Virus record (IMG/VR): IMGVR_UViG_3300042453_005121
Coordinates: 64,001 to 128,000 of that record
From: a virus
Length of the DNA: 64,000 bases
Strand: one strand, 5' to 3'
The position numbers were made by a program, and so were the translations under genes. The notes under the pieces were generated by a model. It ran no database searches. It was given only the letters and a program-made list of their open reading frames with translations, and had not been told where the DNA came from. Below are positions 51,599-60,915 of the stretch, piece by piece (the stretch's first letter is position 1; every line of letters starts with the position of its first letter).

Positions 51599-52149
51599 AG
51601 ATACACGATTCTTTCCCCGTGACAGAGGAGGAGTACCTCCTTCTAGACAGCAAGTTCGGCGAACTTTGCGAGTATCAGGCTTGGCAACTCATAAAGAAGA
51701 ACACGAGAAACAACCACACCGACAATCAAGAGGACATAGCCCAGGACATGCGGATAGCTTTGTTGCGGGCGGCGTCCTACTACAAGCGGCAGTGCTACAT
51801 AGAAGCCTGCATTGATTTGTGCAAGAAGCATGCGAAAGACCCAGTCATAAAGTCTGTTGTGAAGCAACTCGCCAACCTGTGGAAGAACAAGACCAGACAC
51901 GGAGCCAATAAGCAGAAATTTGGACCTCACCAAGAAAAGATGCTTGACAAGATCGTGAGGGTTCTGCTTCCCATCAAGGAACGGCCCGACAAGAAGGCCT
52001 CGCTCAGGATAGACACCAAGTTCACGACTTATTGCAAGGCCATAACATGGAATGCGCAGAAGTCGCTCGGCAAGAGGATAACGAGGGAGAAGGGCATACG
52101 GACCGGAATGGTTTCTTTGTCCGAATATGATTATCTGGGCGGTAATTGA
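51595..52149 (+). CDS. sigma70 region-2-like protein with internal insertion
   Basis: EDIAQDMRIALLRA ... KFTTYCKAITWN ... MVSLSE; ATGA-coupled to the polymerase gene. Confidence 0.6.
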   Translation: MKIHDSFPVTEEEYLLLDSKFGELCEYQAWQLIKKNTRNNHTDNQEDIAQDMRIALLRAASYYKRQCYIEACIDLCKKHAKDPVIKSVVKQLANLWKNKTRHGANKQKFGPHQEKMLDKIVRVLLPIKERPDKKASLRIDTKFTTYCKAITWNAQKSLGKRITREKGIRTGMVSLSEYDYLGGN

Positions 52150-52185
52150 TATATAACTGATGGCTTTTGACCAAGGAGGTCAACC

Positions 52186-52578
52186 ATGCAGAGACGGATT
52201 TTTTTGGTGGTCGGCGGAGTTTTGGCCGCCGAGTGCATTGCCGGTGAACCGACGAAGGCCATTGCTTTGGATATTAATTCCTACGAGAGCGCAGTTAGAT
52301 TTGCCAAGGATTCTGGCGGCCGGGCATATGTGCTCTTCGTCGGAAGCCGGTGCGATTGGTGCGAACGTCAGAAAGAGATTATGGAGGATAGTAGGGTCAT
52401 AGACGCATTGAAGCCTTTCTTTGTCGCTTATGTGAATGTTTCGGAGAACAAGGATGTTTCAAGGTTTCATAAGGTGAGGGTGGTTCCCACGCATATGATT
52501 TTGGATCAGGAGGGCGAGGTCGTGAAAAGATTTCAAGGTTATCAGGACGCGAAAGAATTTTTGGAGTGGATCGGCTAA
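52186..52578 (+). CDS. thioredoxin-fold protein with signal-like N-terminus
   Basis: CDWC active site, VVPT cis-Pro loop; AAGGAGG RBS. Confidence 0.85.
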   Translation: MQRRIFLVVGGVLAAECIAGEPTKAIALDINSYESAVRFAKDSGGRAYVLFVGSRCDWCERQKEIMEDSRVIDALKPFFVAYVNVSENKDVSRFHKVRVVPTHMILDQEGEVVKRFQGYQDAKEFLEWIG

Positions 52579-52853
52579 TCCCAGTGTTCGTTTCCGTTTT
52601 CGTCAAAGTAATGCAGAATCCATCCGGAAGTTGAATAGTATTTTCTGTCAACCTTGATTTTGCCGCTGTGTATTTTTCTATGGCAACTTGAGCAAGCCAC
52701 GACCGTGTTGAGTTCAACGTACTCGCCGCCTTGTTCTCCGGGGACGATCCGATGCACGTCCAGAGTGCAGTATTCATCCGTGCCGCAGAATTTGCACCTC
52801 TTGTCGGTCTTCTTCTTGTTTGCCTTGTTGATCAACTTTTTCTTTCTCGGCAT
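52575..52853 (-). CDS. HNH endonuclease
   Basis: CKFCG...LDVHRIVP...GG...N...CSSCHRKIH. Confidence 0.85.
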   Translation of the reverse strand: MPRKKKLINKANKKKTDKRCKFCGTDEYCTLDVHRIVPGEQGGEYVELNTVVACSSCHRKIHSGKIKVDRKYYSTSGWILHYFDENGNEHWD

Positions 52854-52913
52854 CCAATAAACTAGCGTTGTCTTCATAATAAGAATATTGTATATTGAAC
52901 CGGGAGCCATAAC

Positions 52914-53948
52914 ATGAGAATTGAAAACGACATAAAACTTGACTATTCCGACGTGCTCATATGTCCCAAGCGATCCGAGTCGCCAAGTCGCAGGAATGTG
53001 GTTCTAGAGCGAAGGTTCAAATTTTTGAATTCGCGTGCGGAGTGGGAGGGGGTTCCCATTGTCGCGGCCAATATGGCGAACGTGGGCACATTTGGAATGG
53101 CCAAGGCCCTCGCGGGATTCAATATGCCGGCTTGTCTTCACAAGCATTATGAAATTGATCGTTTGGTTAAATTTTTTTCCGAAAACACTGCCTTTTATGC
53201 GATGGGCATCAAGGATGAAGATTTGACAAAGTTTCATGAATTTGTCAGATCGTTCGGACGTAATCCGGATATGATATGTCTTGATGTGGCAAACGGATAC
53301 ACGAGGCATTTCGTGGATCACTGCAAGAAAATCAGAGACAAATGTCCCGGATCAATATTGATGGCCGGGAATGTCTGTACCCCCGAGATGGTCCAAGAAC
53401 TTCTTCTTGCTGGCGGCGTGGATATTGTGAAGATAGGCATAGGTCCGGGATCGGCGTGTACGACAAGAGTTGTCACGGGCGTAGGATTCCCGCAATTTTC
53501 TAGCACGATAGAGTGTTCGGATGCCGCCCACGGTCTCAAGGGTCATATAGTAGCCGACGGTGGCTGCACGACTCCTGGAGACGTCGCCAAGGCCTTCGGT
53601 GCGGGGGCTGATTTTGTTATGCTCGGAGGCATGTTTGCCGGTCACGATGAATGTGAGGCGGATTGGGAGTATGATTCTGCCGGAGAAAAAACATTCATGC
53701 GGTTCTACGGAATGAGCAGCAGGGAAGCCATGGAGAAATTCAATGGGGGCGTTGCCGGATACCGGGCTGCCGAAGGCAGGTCTGCCAAGGTTCCGTATCG
53801 CGGACCTGTGGAGTCTACGGTTCAAGAAATACTCGGAGGTCTGAGGAGTGCCTGTACTTACGTGGGTACTGAAAGCCTCAAGGACTTCAGCAAGTGCTGC
53901 AAATTCGTCAGGGTCAACAACACTCACAACAGAATATTTGAGAACTGA
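52914..53948 (+). CDS. guaC: GMP reductase
   Basis: MRIENDIKLDYSDVLI, AANM, CLDVANGY, GIGPGSACTTR, ADGGC, FYGMSS, GGLRSACTYVG. Confidence 0.95.
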   Translation: MRIENDIKLDYSDVLICPKRSESPSRRNVVLERRFKFLNSRAEWEGVPIVAANMANVGTFGMAKALAGFNMPACLHKHYEIDRLVKFFSENTAFYAMGIKDEDLTKFHEFVRSFGRNPDMICLDVANGYTRHFVDHCKKIRDKCPGSILMAGNVCTPEMVQELLLAGGVDIVKIGIGPGSACTTRVVTGVGFPQFSSTIECSDAAHGLKGHIVADGGCTTPGDVAKAFGAGADFVMLGGMFAGHDECEADWEYDSAGEKTFMRFYGMSSREAMEKFNGGVAGYRAAEGRSAKVPYRGPVESTVQEILGGLRSACTYVGTESLKDFSKCCKFVRVNNTHNRIFEN

Positions 53949-53975
53949 TCGCCGCTCCCTCAATTAGGATCGTAC

Positions 53976-55583
53976 ATGGAAGAAATTGAAATTGAAGAGG
54001 GCGATCTTACTCCCGAAGAGCGGTCTGAACTGGACAGGCTCACCAAGGAGGCCGAGTCCTCCGAGAAGTACAAGTGGGATGAGGAGTTCCAGCGCACCAT
54101 AGTTGGACTTCTGCTGAATGACAGGTGGTTTGCGACCCAGTGCAGGGACCTCATCCTGCCTTCTTATTTTCTTGATGAGCGACACCAGATCGTGTGCAAG
54201 GTTCTGTTTGACCACATGGAGTCCTACAACACGATCCCGACCCGCGTGCAGGTGATGCAGGGCGTTAAGGACAGGGTGTCCCACAAGAGCGACAATGTAA
54301 TTTTGGAGTACGTGGCCGAGGCCGAACTGATATATAAGAAATTTGTGCCGGGCCTCGACAGTCGAGAGTATTTTCTGGACAAGATCGTCAACTTCGCAAA
54401 GTTGATGGGACTCAAGACCGCGTTTGATCAGTCGCTCGGCCTCATAAAGCGCGATCCCGAGAGCGAGTCGACCTGGACCAAGATACAAGACATCCTGAAG
54501 ACGGCCTTGCTAGTTGATCGCAATTTTGAGGAGGGGTTGAATTACTTTGACACCTTTGAAGAGCGGTATGCGAGGATGCAGCAGGAGGAGCAGGCGAGGG
54601 AGAGGTTCACCAGTGGATTTGAGGCCATAGACGACGCTCTCCTCGGGGGAGGATGCCACAGGGGCGAGATATATTCATGGATAGGACTCAGTGGCAGCGG
54701 CAAGTCGCTTGCTCTCGTGGGGGCCGCCCTCAAGAACGTGACTCAACTCGGAAAGAAGGTTCTTTATATATCCTTGGAGATGGGTGAGGATTCCATAGCC
54801 GAGAGATTTGACGCTCAGATCGCGGGTGTGGACATCAATAAACTTCAGGAGATGAAGGATAGGGTCAAGGCGGCATTTGATGATTTTACCCATGACAAAG
54901 ACGACCGCAGGATGCTCGTCATCAAGCAGTTCCCTGCGGGAAGCATGACTGTGGCCACCCTCAAAGCCTACATGCAGCAACTTCAGATGATGGGCTTCAC
55001 GCCCGACTTGCTCGTCATAGACTACATCGGTGAAATGAAAGATTATCCGGGCATCCCCACGTACGAGTCCAGATATAGGATTGTGCGAGATTTAAGAGGC
55101 TTGGCGACCGAAGACAATATCTGCATATTCACGGCCATGCAGCCCAACAAGGACGCGAGAGAGGCGCAGAAGAAGGACGGCTTGGGTGACGGCGTCATAG
55201 ACGACACAAATCTCGCCGACTCCTACGGCCAGATCAGGCCCTTGGACGGGTGTTGGAGCATCAACCAGATGCAGGCCGAGAAGGAGGCCGGCATCGCGAG
55301 AATATTCGTGATCAAGCACCGTCACGGAAAGAGCAGGTTTACCTGTTGGGCGAGGTTCAACAAAGAAACCCTGCAGATGAAGCAGATCAGCGAGTTGGAA
55401 TACAACAAAATATGGCGTGAATACTCTTTCAAGAAGACCGACAGGGCTGCCGACGTAGACGCCCAAGCGGACATGCTCGCTGCCAAATTGAAGAAGAGCA
55501 AGAAAAAATTCAGCGATGACATGGGATACGACGATCCCGATTCGCCCGACGTACAACCAACCTTGGAGAATAATGATGAATGA
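53976..55583 (+). CDS. dnaB: replicative DNA helicase (DnaB/gp41-like)
   Basis: GLSGSGKS, YISLEM, VIKQFP, VIDY, TAMQPN, LADSYG, IKHRHG. Confidence 0.9.
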   Translation: MEEIEIEEGDLTPEERSELDRLTKEAESSEKYKWDEEFQRTIVGLLLNDRWFATQCRDLILPSYFLDERHQIVCKVLFDHMESYNTIPTRVQVMQGVKDRVSHKSDNVILEYVAEAELIYKKFVPGLDSREYFLDKIVNFAKLMGLKTAFDQSLGLIKRDPESESTWTKIQDILKTALLVDRNFEEGLNYFDTFEERYARMQQEEQARERFTSGFEAIDDALLGGGCHRGEIYSWIGLSGSGKSLALVGAALKNVTQLGKKVLYISLEMGEDSIAERFDAQIAGVDINKLQEMKDRVKAAFDDFTHDKDDRRMLVIKQFPAGSMTVATLKAYMQQLQMMGFTPDLLVIDYIGEMKDYPGIPTYESRYRIVRDLRGLATEDNICIFTAMQPNKDAREAQKKDGLGDGVIDDTNLADSYGQIRPLDGCWSINQMQAEKEAGIARIFVIKHRHGKSRFTCWARFNKETLQMKQISELEYNKIWREYSFKKTDRAADVDAQADMLAAKLKKSKKKFSDDMGYDDPDSPDVQPTLENNDE

Positions 55584-56100
55584 ATTGAACAAACTGATTC
55601 CTCAGTCCGACATTGACGCGATGAACCCCCACGCCCAGACCACCATCAAGATCGGTGGTCAGGAGGTGGTGTTGGACAACTCGAGACTGGCCTTCAACGA
55701 GGTCAGCCTCAATAATTTCATGGAGAATCTCGCACTTTGGTACGACTACTTCAGCCAGAAACTCGCCGAGGCCGAGGCCATACTCTCCTACAAGGAGTAC
55801 GAGTACGACGTTCTCTTCTCGGCTGCGTACGAGAGGAGCAAGGAAGGAGGCTGCACCGACAAGCTCGCCGAGGCCAACGCCAAGAAGGAGCCCAACGTGT
55901 GCGATGCAAAGAAGGAGATCATTGGTGCCAAGCACAAGGTCACCCTGCTCAAGCAGCACCTGAAGTCATGGGACAAGGCCCACGAGAACGCGATGAGCCG
56001 GGGGCACATGATCAGGAAAGAGATGGACAAGCTCAACACGGACATAGTGTTCAAGAGCAGGGACGATCAGGTTTCCGGCATAGTCGGCCGGCACGGCTGA
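55573..56100 (+). CDS. UvsY-like recombination mediator (helical)
   Basis: All-helical pattern in a helicase/SSB/RecA neighbourhood. Confidence 0.5.
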   Translation: MMNELNKLIPQSDIDAMNPHAQTTIKIGGQEVVLDNSRLAFNEVSLNNFMENLALWYDYFSQKLAEAEAILSYKEYEYDVLFSAAYERSKEGGCTDKLAEANAKKEPNVCDAKKEIIGAKHKVTLLKQHLKSWDKAHENAMSRGHMIRKEMDKLNTDIVFKSRDDQVSGIVGRHG

Positions 56101-56684
56101 TGAACTACTTAGTAGACCCCCAGAACATAACGAAGTTTGACTGCGACGAGCAGGAACTTCAGTTGTTGATTCTTTTCTGGATATGTGCGGCGGGCAAGAA
56201 GGCGACCACTGCGGCCGCGAACCTTTGTCGAATTCTTGAGCGTGGCCGTTCCTTGTTCGGGGTTGAAGAACCGTTTGAGATCATAAGCAGATTCGGTCCG
56301 GACTTGGCGGAGACCATGAGGACCCACGGCATCGGATGCTACAACAACAAAAGTAGGTCCATGCTGGACCTCGTAGACAAGGGGCTTGATCTTTCCTCCT
56401 GTTCTGTGGCTGATCTGGAGCACGTCGTCGGCATCGGTCCAAAGACGGCCAGGTGCTTCGTCATGCACAGCAGGAGGAACGTGAGGCACGCCGGTCTGGA
56501 CACGCACGTCTTGAAGTACATGAGAGAAAGGGGCCTTGAGGTACCCAAGTCAACACCCACGGGACGTAAGTATCTGGAGATAGAGAAAAAATTCATTGAG
56601 ATGGCGGATTCGTCCGGGAAAACTATTGCTGAATTTGACCTAGAGATATGGAGGAGATACAGCTCAAAATCAAGGAGTGAATAG
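56100..56684 (+). CDS. HhH DNA glycosylase/AP lyase (Ogg-like)
   Basis: HhH VVGIGPKTARCF, catalytic LDTHV, YLEIEKKF...EFDLEIW. Confidence 0.8.
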   Translation: MNYLVDPQNITKFDCDEQELQLLILFWICAAGKKATTAAANLCRILERGRSLFGVEEPFEIISRFGPDLAETMRTHGIGCYNNKSRSMLDLVDKGLDLSSCSVADLEHVVGIGPKTARCFVMHSRRNVRHAGLDTHVLKYMRERGLEVPKSTPTGRKYLEIEKKFIEMADSSGKTIAEFDLEIWRRYSSKSRSE

Positions 56685-56711
56685 TATCTCATCCGGTCAC
56701 TAGATTATTTT

Positions 56712-57332
56712 ATGTTGGAAGAGATCGCCGACAACATACGGCAGAAACTTAAAAACCAGCACGTTCCTCCAAGGATACTCTTGGACAGGTTCAGGCTGAT
56801 AGACGAAAACTCGCGCAGGAGCGGACAATATCTTGATCCGAACTACCTGCCGTTTTATTACCATCTATCCAAATTCGTCCATCCCAAAGAAATCCTGCAC
56901 GTCGGCTTGGACCTCGGACTTCCGAGTTGCTGTTTCCTTCTCGGATCAAAGTCCGTCACGGGGGTTCTTGGTTTTCAAAGAAAATCTAAATTTTTCTATT
57001 CTCCGAGGATCGCCGTCTCCAACATGAGGGACGTTAAGGGGAAGAGATTGAACGTGGGATTCCATTACGGATCAATTTTAGACGACGACATGCAGAAAAA
57101 AATGTCCGGAGGCGTGGACCTCGTTCTTATAACGGAAAGGTGCTCGCACGATCAAATTTCCGAGACTCTTGAAGTTTGTTGGGAAAGAACGAGACTGGAC
57201 GGGTTCTTGGTGGTAGATCACATATCGGGCAAGGACGGCTTCGGAGACGTGTGTAGAAACTTTTGCAAATCAAAAAACGCACCCTTTATAGATTTGGCCA
57301 CTAGATACGGCACTATGATCATACGAAAGTGA
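56712..57332 (+). CDS. class I SAM methyltransferase-like protein (degenerate)
   Basis: PKEILHVGLDLG, VDLVLI, DGFLVVDH. Confidence 0.55.
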   Translation: MLEEIADNIRQKLKNQHVPPRILLDRFRLIDENSRRSGQYLDPNYLPFYYHLSKFVHPKEILHVGLDLGLPSCCFLLGSKSVTGVLGFQRKSKFFYSPRIAVSNMRDVKGKRLNVGFHYGSILDDDMQKKMSGGVDLVLITERCSHDQISETLEVCWERTRLDGFLVVDHISGKDGFGDVCRNFCKSKNAPFIDLATRYGTMIIRK

Positions 57333-57444
57333 GGGGGCGAACGAGTTCCATCACATGATCACTCCTAATGTGGTGACGAAACAGGTTGAAGCCGCTCTCA
57401 ATGCTTGATGTCAAGAAAGATCAATCCTCTTACTATTTTATTTC

Positions 57445-58158
57445 ATGGGATATGAAATAGTGTTTCATTACAAGGAGGCTTCTTCTCCCGGTGTCTACGG
57501 GGACGAATTGAAGACCAAGAATTGCAAGATAGGGAAGGTCACCGAGGACGTGGGTTTGGAGGTTCTCGCGGCCAAGATCATGAGCCAGTTGGCCAGAAGG
57601 AATATACTTATCACCGACGTTGAAATATATGAATTCGCCAAGAAGAAGTTGAACTACAGGGAGACTTCCGACGGCATAGTTCTGAAAAACAAAAAATTCA
57701 GTTTTGACTCGGGCACGGTCCTCACGACCGATGAATTTTCCGAGGACGAAGATTTCAAGCCGATTCCGTCTCCATCCAGGGACTTGGCCGACCAATCGTG
57801 CCCGGTGACGAGGACTCAATCGCCGCGACCGCACAAGAGGGCCATTCGTCACGAGTTGTTTGAACCCGAGCCGCTCGCCCTCCACAAGGCCCAGCAGAAG
57901 GGGCTCAAGTTCACGGTCGGCAAGAAATATCCCATTTATTCCGAATCGTCCATGGGCACCTCGGTGATCTACAAGACCACTGACGACAAGGGGCGGGACG
58001 TGGACGTCAGTTCCGAATATTTCATGGCTATGGGGGCCGGACTCCTGCAGCAGGACGATGGCCCGAAGTACGTGGGGGCGGAGAATCAGAAGGAAGAGAT
58101 AAATCTTTGGCGGAACTACGAACAGACCGACATGCCCGATATAAGAGGAAGGAATTAA
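57445..58158 (+). CDS. hypothetical phage protein
   Basis: 237-aa ORF; SH3-like FTVGKKYPI...TDDKG near the C-terminus. Confidence 0.65.
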   Translation: MGYEIVFHYKEASSPGVYGDELKTKNCKIGKVTEDVGLEVLAAKIMSQLARRNILITDVEIYEFAKKKLNYRETSDGIVLKNKKFSFDSGTVLTTDEFSEDEDFKPIPSPSRDLADQSCPVTRTQSPRPHKRAIRHELFEPEPLALHKAQQKGLKFTVGKKYPIYSESSMGTSVIYKTTDDKGRDVDVSSEYFMAMGAGLLQQDDGPKYVGAENQKEEINLWRNYEQTDMPDIRGRN

Positions 58159-58159
58159 A

Positions 58160-58585
58160 ATGGCTACAAAAAGACAGCAGGAGAGAAAGAAGAAGGCAAG
58201 GGAGCAGAAGGCCAAGGCGAGGGTTGAGGCTAGGAGGCACAAGTTGGCCTTGGTGAGGAAGGACGAGCGCAGATCGGTCGTTTTGAATCACAAGTTCAGA
58301 GACAAGATCAAGCCGATCGTCAATGATCCGGAGGCCAAGAAGAGACTTGAGGAGGCTGAGAATCGCCGTAATATAAAGAAGCTTGAAAACAACGCCGAGA
58401 TATTAAAAGCTCTTGAAGAGGAGTACATGAGGGAAATGGAGCGGAAAAAGACCCTGAATCAGAACCTAGAGGCTGAAGGACATCTGACACTGGAAGACAA
58501 ACTCGGGGCCTTGGAGGGTAAGGCGAGGGCCTCCATGGAAGGCGAGGAGCGGGAGACCGGCCGCATTGATCTGACCCAAAGTTGA
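58160..58585 (+). CDS. basic coiled-coil hypothetical protein
   Basis: AGGAAGGA RBS; charged helical sequence. Confidence 0.65.
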   Translation: MATKRQQERKKKAREQKAKARVEARRHKLALVRKDERRSVVLNHKFRDKIKPIVNDPEAKKRLEEAENRRNIKKLENNAEILKALEEEYMREMERKKTLNQNLEAEGHLTLEDKLGALEGKARASMEGEERETGRIDLTQS

Positions 58586-58614
58586 TTTGTTCTAAAAAAA
58601 TCTGCTAAAGCCTA

Positions 58615-58643
58615 TTGACTTCTTATACGATATAACCTATAAC
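58615..58643 (+). promoter_or_regulatory. sigma70-type promoter TTGACT-17-TATAAC for the SSB gene
   Basis: Near-consensus hexamers with a 17-nt spacer. Confidence 0.65.
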
Positions 58644-58706
58644 ATGAACATGCGACGCAGATGCGACGCTTGAACTTGAGATAACCTTTAACAACGGAGA
58701 ACTAAC

Positions 58707-59636
58707 ATGGGACTTGATCTTGGCTCGCTTCAGAATGACTATAAGACGCTCAAATCCACAGAGGGATCGGGCGGTTCCTTCCTTGAGAATTTTGTCAGAA
58801 TGCCCGAGGGCAAGGGAAGCGTCGTGATGCGTCTTCTTCCCCCCGCTCCCAAGGGCTCCTTCGGCCGCGACGACAACCCCTTCTACCTCGTCACCGCCCT
58901 TCACAGGGTGAACGGCAAGAGCCTCCACGACATCCGCGACTATGTGGGTGGCAAGTGGGTCGGCAAGAACCCGATCGTGGAGTACATGAGGCTCCTTTGG
59001 AAGGAGAGCGAGCAGTCCGCTCCCGCCGAGGCCGAGCAGAAGCGGAACCTCTACAGGCAGATCAAGCCGATTGAGAGGTATTACTACAACGTGATCGTCC
59101 GCGAGGAGAGGTCCGAGGACGGCACCGTCAAGAAGAACGTTGGTCCCAAGATTCTTTCAGTCGGCAAGACCGTCCATGAGATCATTCTTCGTGGCATTCT
59201 TGGCGACAAGGAGATGAACCAGCCCCAGTTGGGCGACGTTACGGAATTCAAGACAGGTTACGACTTCAAGCTCGTGAAAACGATCCGCAAGTCGGGAGAG
59301 CAGAGTTTCCCCAATTACGAGGGTTCGCACTTCCTCGAGCAGTCGCCCGCCGGTGATCCCGACGAGTGCAAGCGCTGGATGACGAGCCTCCACGACCTCA
59401 AGGCCCTCAGGGTCCTTAAGACCTACGAGGAACTTGAGCACGAGTTGCTTGTCCATCTGGGACTCAAGCAGGACGCGGGCGGTTTTGATCCGTCTAAGTA
59501 CTCGTCCAAGCCCGCCGTTGCTGAACAGGCTCCCGCCAAGCCCGCAGTGGCCGCCGTCAAGGTTGAGTCCGATGATTCGGACGACGACGAGATCGCCGAC
59601 AAAGATTTTCTGGAAGAGTTGAGAAAGCTCGGTTGA
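58707..59636 (+). CDS. single-stranded DNA-binding protein (gp32-like)
   Basis: MRLLPP, RYYYNVIVRE, GPKILSVGK, GYDFKLVK, FPNYEGSHF, acidic C-terminal tail. Confidence 0.88.
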   Translation: MGLDLGSLQNDYKTLKSTEGSGGSFLENFVRMPEGKGSVVMRLLPPAPKGSFGRDDNPFYLVTALHRVNGKSLHDIRDYVGGKWVGKNPIVEYMRLLWKESEQSAPAEAEQKRNLYRQIKPIERYYYNVIVREERSEDGTVKKNVGPKILSVGKTVHEIILRGILGDKEMNQPQLGDVTEFKTGYDFKLVKTIRKSGEQSFPNYEGSHFLEQSPAGDPDECKRWMTSLHDLKALRVLKTYEELEHELLVHLGLKQDAGGFDPSKYSSKPAVAEQAPAKPAVAAVKVESDDSDDDEIADKDFLEELRKLG

Positions 59637-59648
59637 TTTGATAAGAGC

Positions 59649-59684
59649 GACCTCTCCCGGGGCAATCGGGCCCCGGGAGAGGTC
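59649..59684 (+). terminator. 15-bp GC-rich hairpin between SSB and RecA genes
   Basis: GACCTCTCCCGGGGC / GCCCCGGGAGAGGTC with a weak U-tail (TAATTT). Confidence 0.65.
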
Positions 59685-59721
59685 TAATTTAATCGTCGCA
59701 CATCAAAAAAAGGAACAAATA

Positions 59722-60915
59722 ATGGCCAAGGCGAAATCAAAGAATGAGGATTCGGTCCTGGATGAAATCCTCAATTCCACCGGAGGCGAGACACTCCGCC
59801 ATGCCGGTCAAGTACCGTATTATGTGGACACCGGCAATCTAGCGATCAACTTCGCCTGTAGCGGAAAGTTTATGAAGGGCGGATTCCCCGGCGGCAGGAT
59901 CATAGAGGCCTTTGGCCCCGAGGCGTCCGGAAAGTCGCTTCTTGGTTATTGTTTCCTGGGAGCGATACAAAAGCAGGGTGGAATCGCCGTGCTCCTTGAT
60001 TGCGAGAGGTCAAGCGGCAGCGATTTCGCGGAGCGGTGTGGTCACGTTGATCCCGACAAGCTACTTGTTTTTGACCCCGTGACGCTCCAGCAGGTGGAGA
60101 AGAAGATTCTTGCCGTCGTCAAGGCGATCCGGGCCAAGTTCCCCAAGAAGCCCATCGGGATCGTCTGGGACAGCATCGGCGTCAACCCGACCGACAGGGA
60201 ATGGAGCGAGGTGGAACTCCCTGAGAATGCCACCAAGGCCCAGATTGACGCCGTGGGTAATGAGCGCCCCGGCGAGAGGGCCAAGTTCGCCAATAAGATT
60301 CTCCGCAGCCTCAATCCTTTTCTCAACGACAACGACGCCACCCTGTATGTGATCAATCAGGTTAGGAAGAAGATCGGCGTAATTTACGGCAACGACGAGA
60401 CCACCAGCGGTGGCGGCGAGGCCCTTAAGTTCTACGCCTCGCTCAGGTTCAGGACAGGAGCTCCCAAGGCCTTCCAAGACAAGAACACCAAGCTCTCCCT
60501 CGGGGTCAACATGACCATCGTCAATAAGAAAAACAGGCACTTCACGCCCGGCGTGAAGATTGAGAATGTGCCTCTTTTCTTTGAATCGGGCATTAATCCG
60601 CTCGGGGGTCTTATGGATGCCCTTTTGATGGCCAAGAGGGTGGAGCCCGCCAAGGGGGCCGGAAAATACACGGTGCTTTCCCCGTGGAACGGGGGCGACG
60701 AAGAAGCGGTTTTCCAGCAGTCCAAGTCCTCTCCTTTTGACGCGGACATTCTCATGAAATATCCGCTTCTGGTGGACGCCGAAAGTTCCGACGAGGTGAA
60801 GGAATACATCAAGGAGTGGTCGGACGCCATAGCACTGACCACCAGCGACAGCGTCGAGCAGATCGCGACCGAACAGGACGTCGGTCACCTCCTCGGGAGC
60901 AAGGGAGATGATTAA
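59722..60915 (+). CDS. recA: RecA/UvsX recombinase
   Basis: GGFPGGRIIEAFGPEASGKS, WDSIG, INQVRKKIG, GGEALKFYASLR. Confidence 0.95.
   Translation: MAKAKSKNEDSVLDEILNSTGGETLRHAGQVPYYVDTGNLAINFACSGKFMKGGFPGGRIIEAFGPEASGKSLLGYCFLGAIQKQGGIAVLLDCERSSGSDFAERCGHVDPDKLLVFDPVTLQQVEKKILAVVKAIRAKFPKKPIGIVWDSIGVNPTDREWSEVELPENATKAQIDAVGNERPGERAKFANKILRSLNPFLNDNDATLYVINQVRKKIGVIYGNDETTSGGGEALKFYASLRFRTGAPKAFQDKNTKLSLGVNMTIVNKKNRHFTPGVKIENVPLFFESGINPLGGLMDALLMAKRVEPAKGAGKYTVLSPWNGGDEEAVFQQSKSSPFDADILMKYPLLVDAESSDEVKEYIKEWSDAIALTTSDSVEQIATEQDVGHLLGSKGDD

Noticed and set aside
55737-56099. N-terminal 121 codons of ORF 55737..56684
   Set aside because: Overlaps the UvsY-like gene out of frame. The real start is the TGATG-coupled ATG at 56100.
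57330-57400. tRNA gene
   Set aside because: Cloverleaf-like, but there is no GTTCRA T-loop in a 5-bp arm, no 7-nt anticodon loop and no proper acceptor end.
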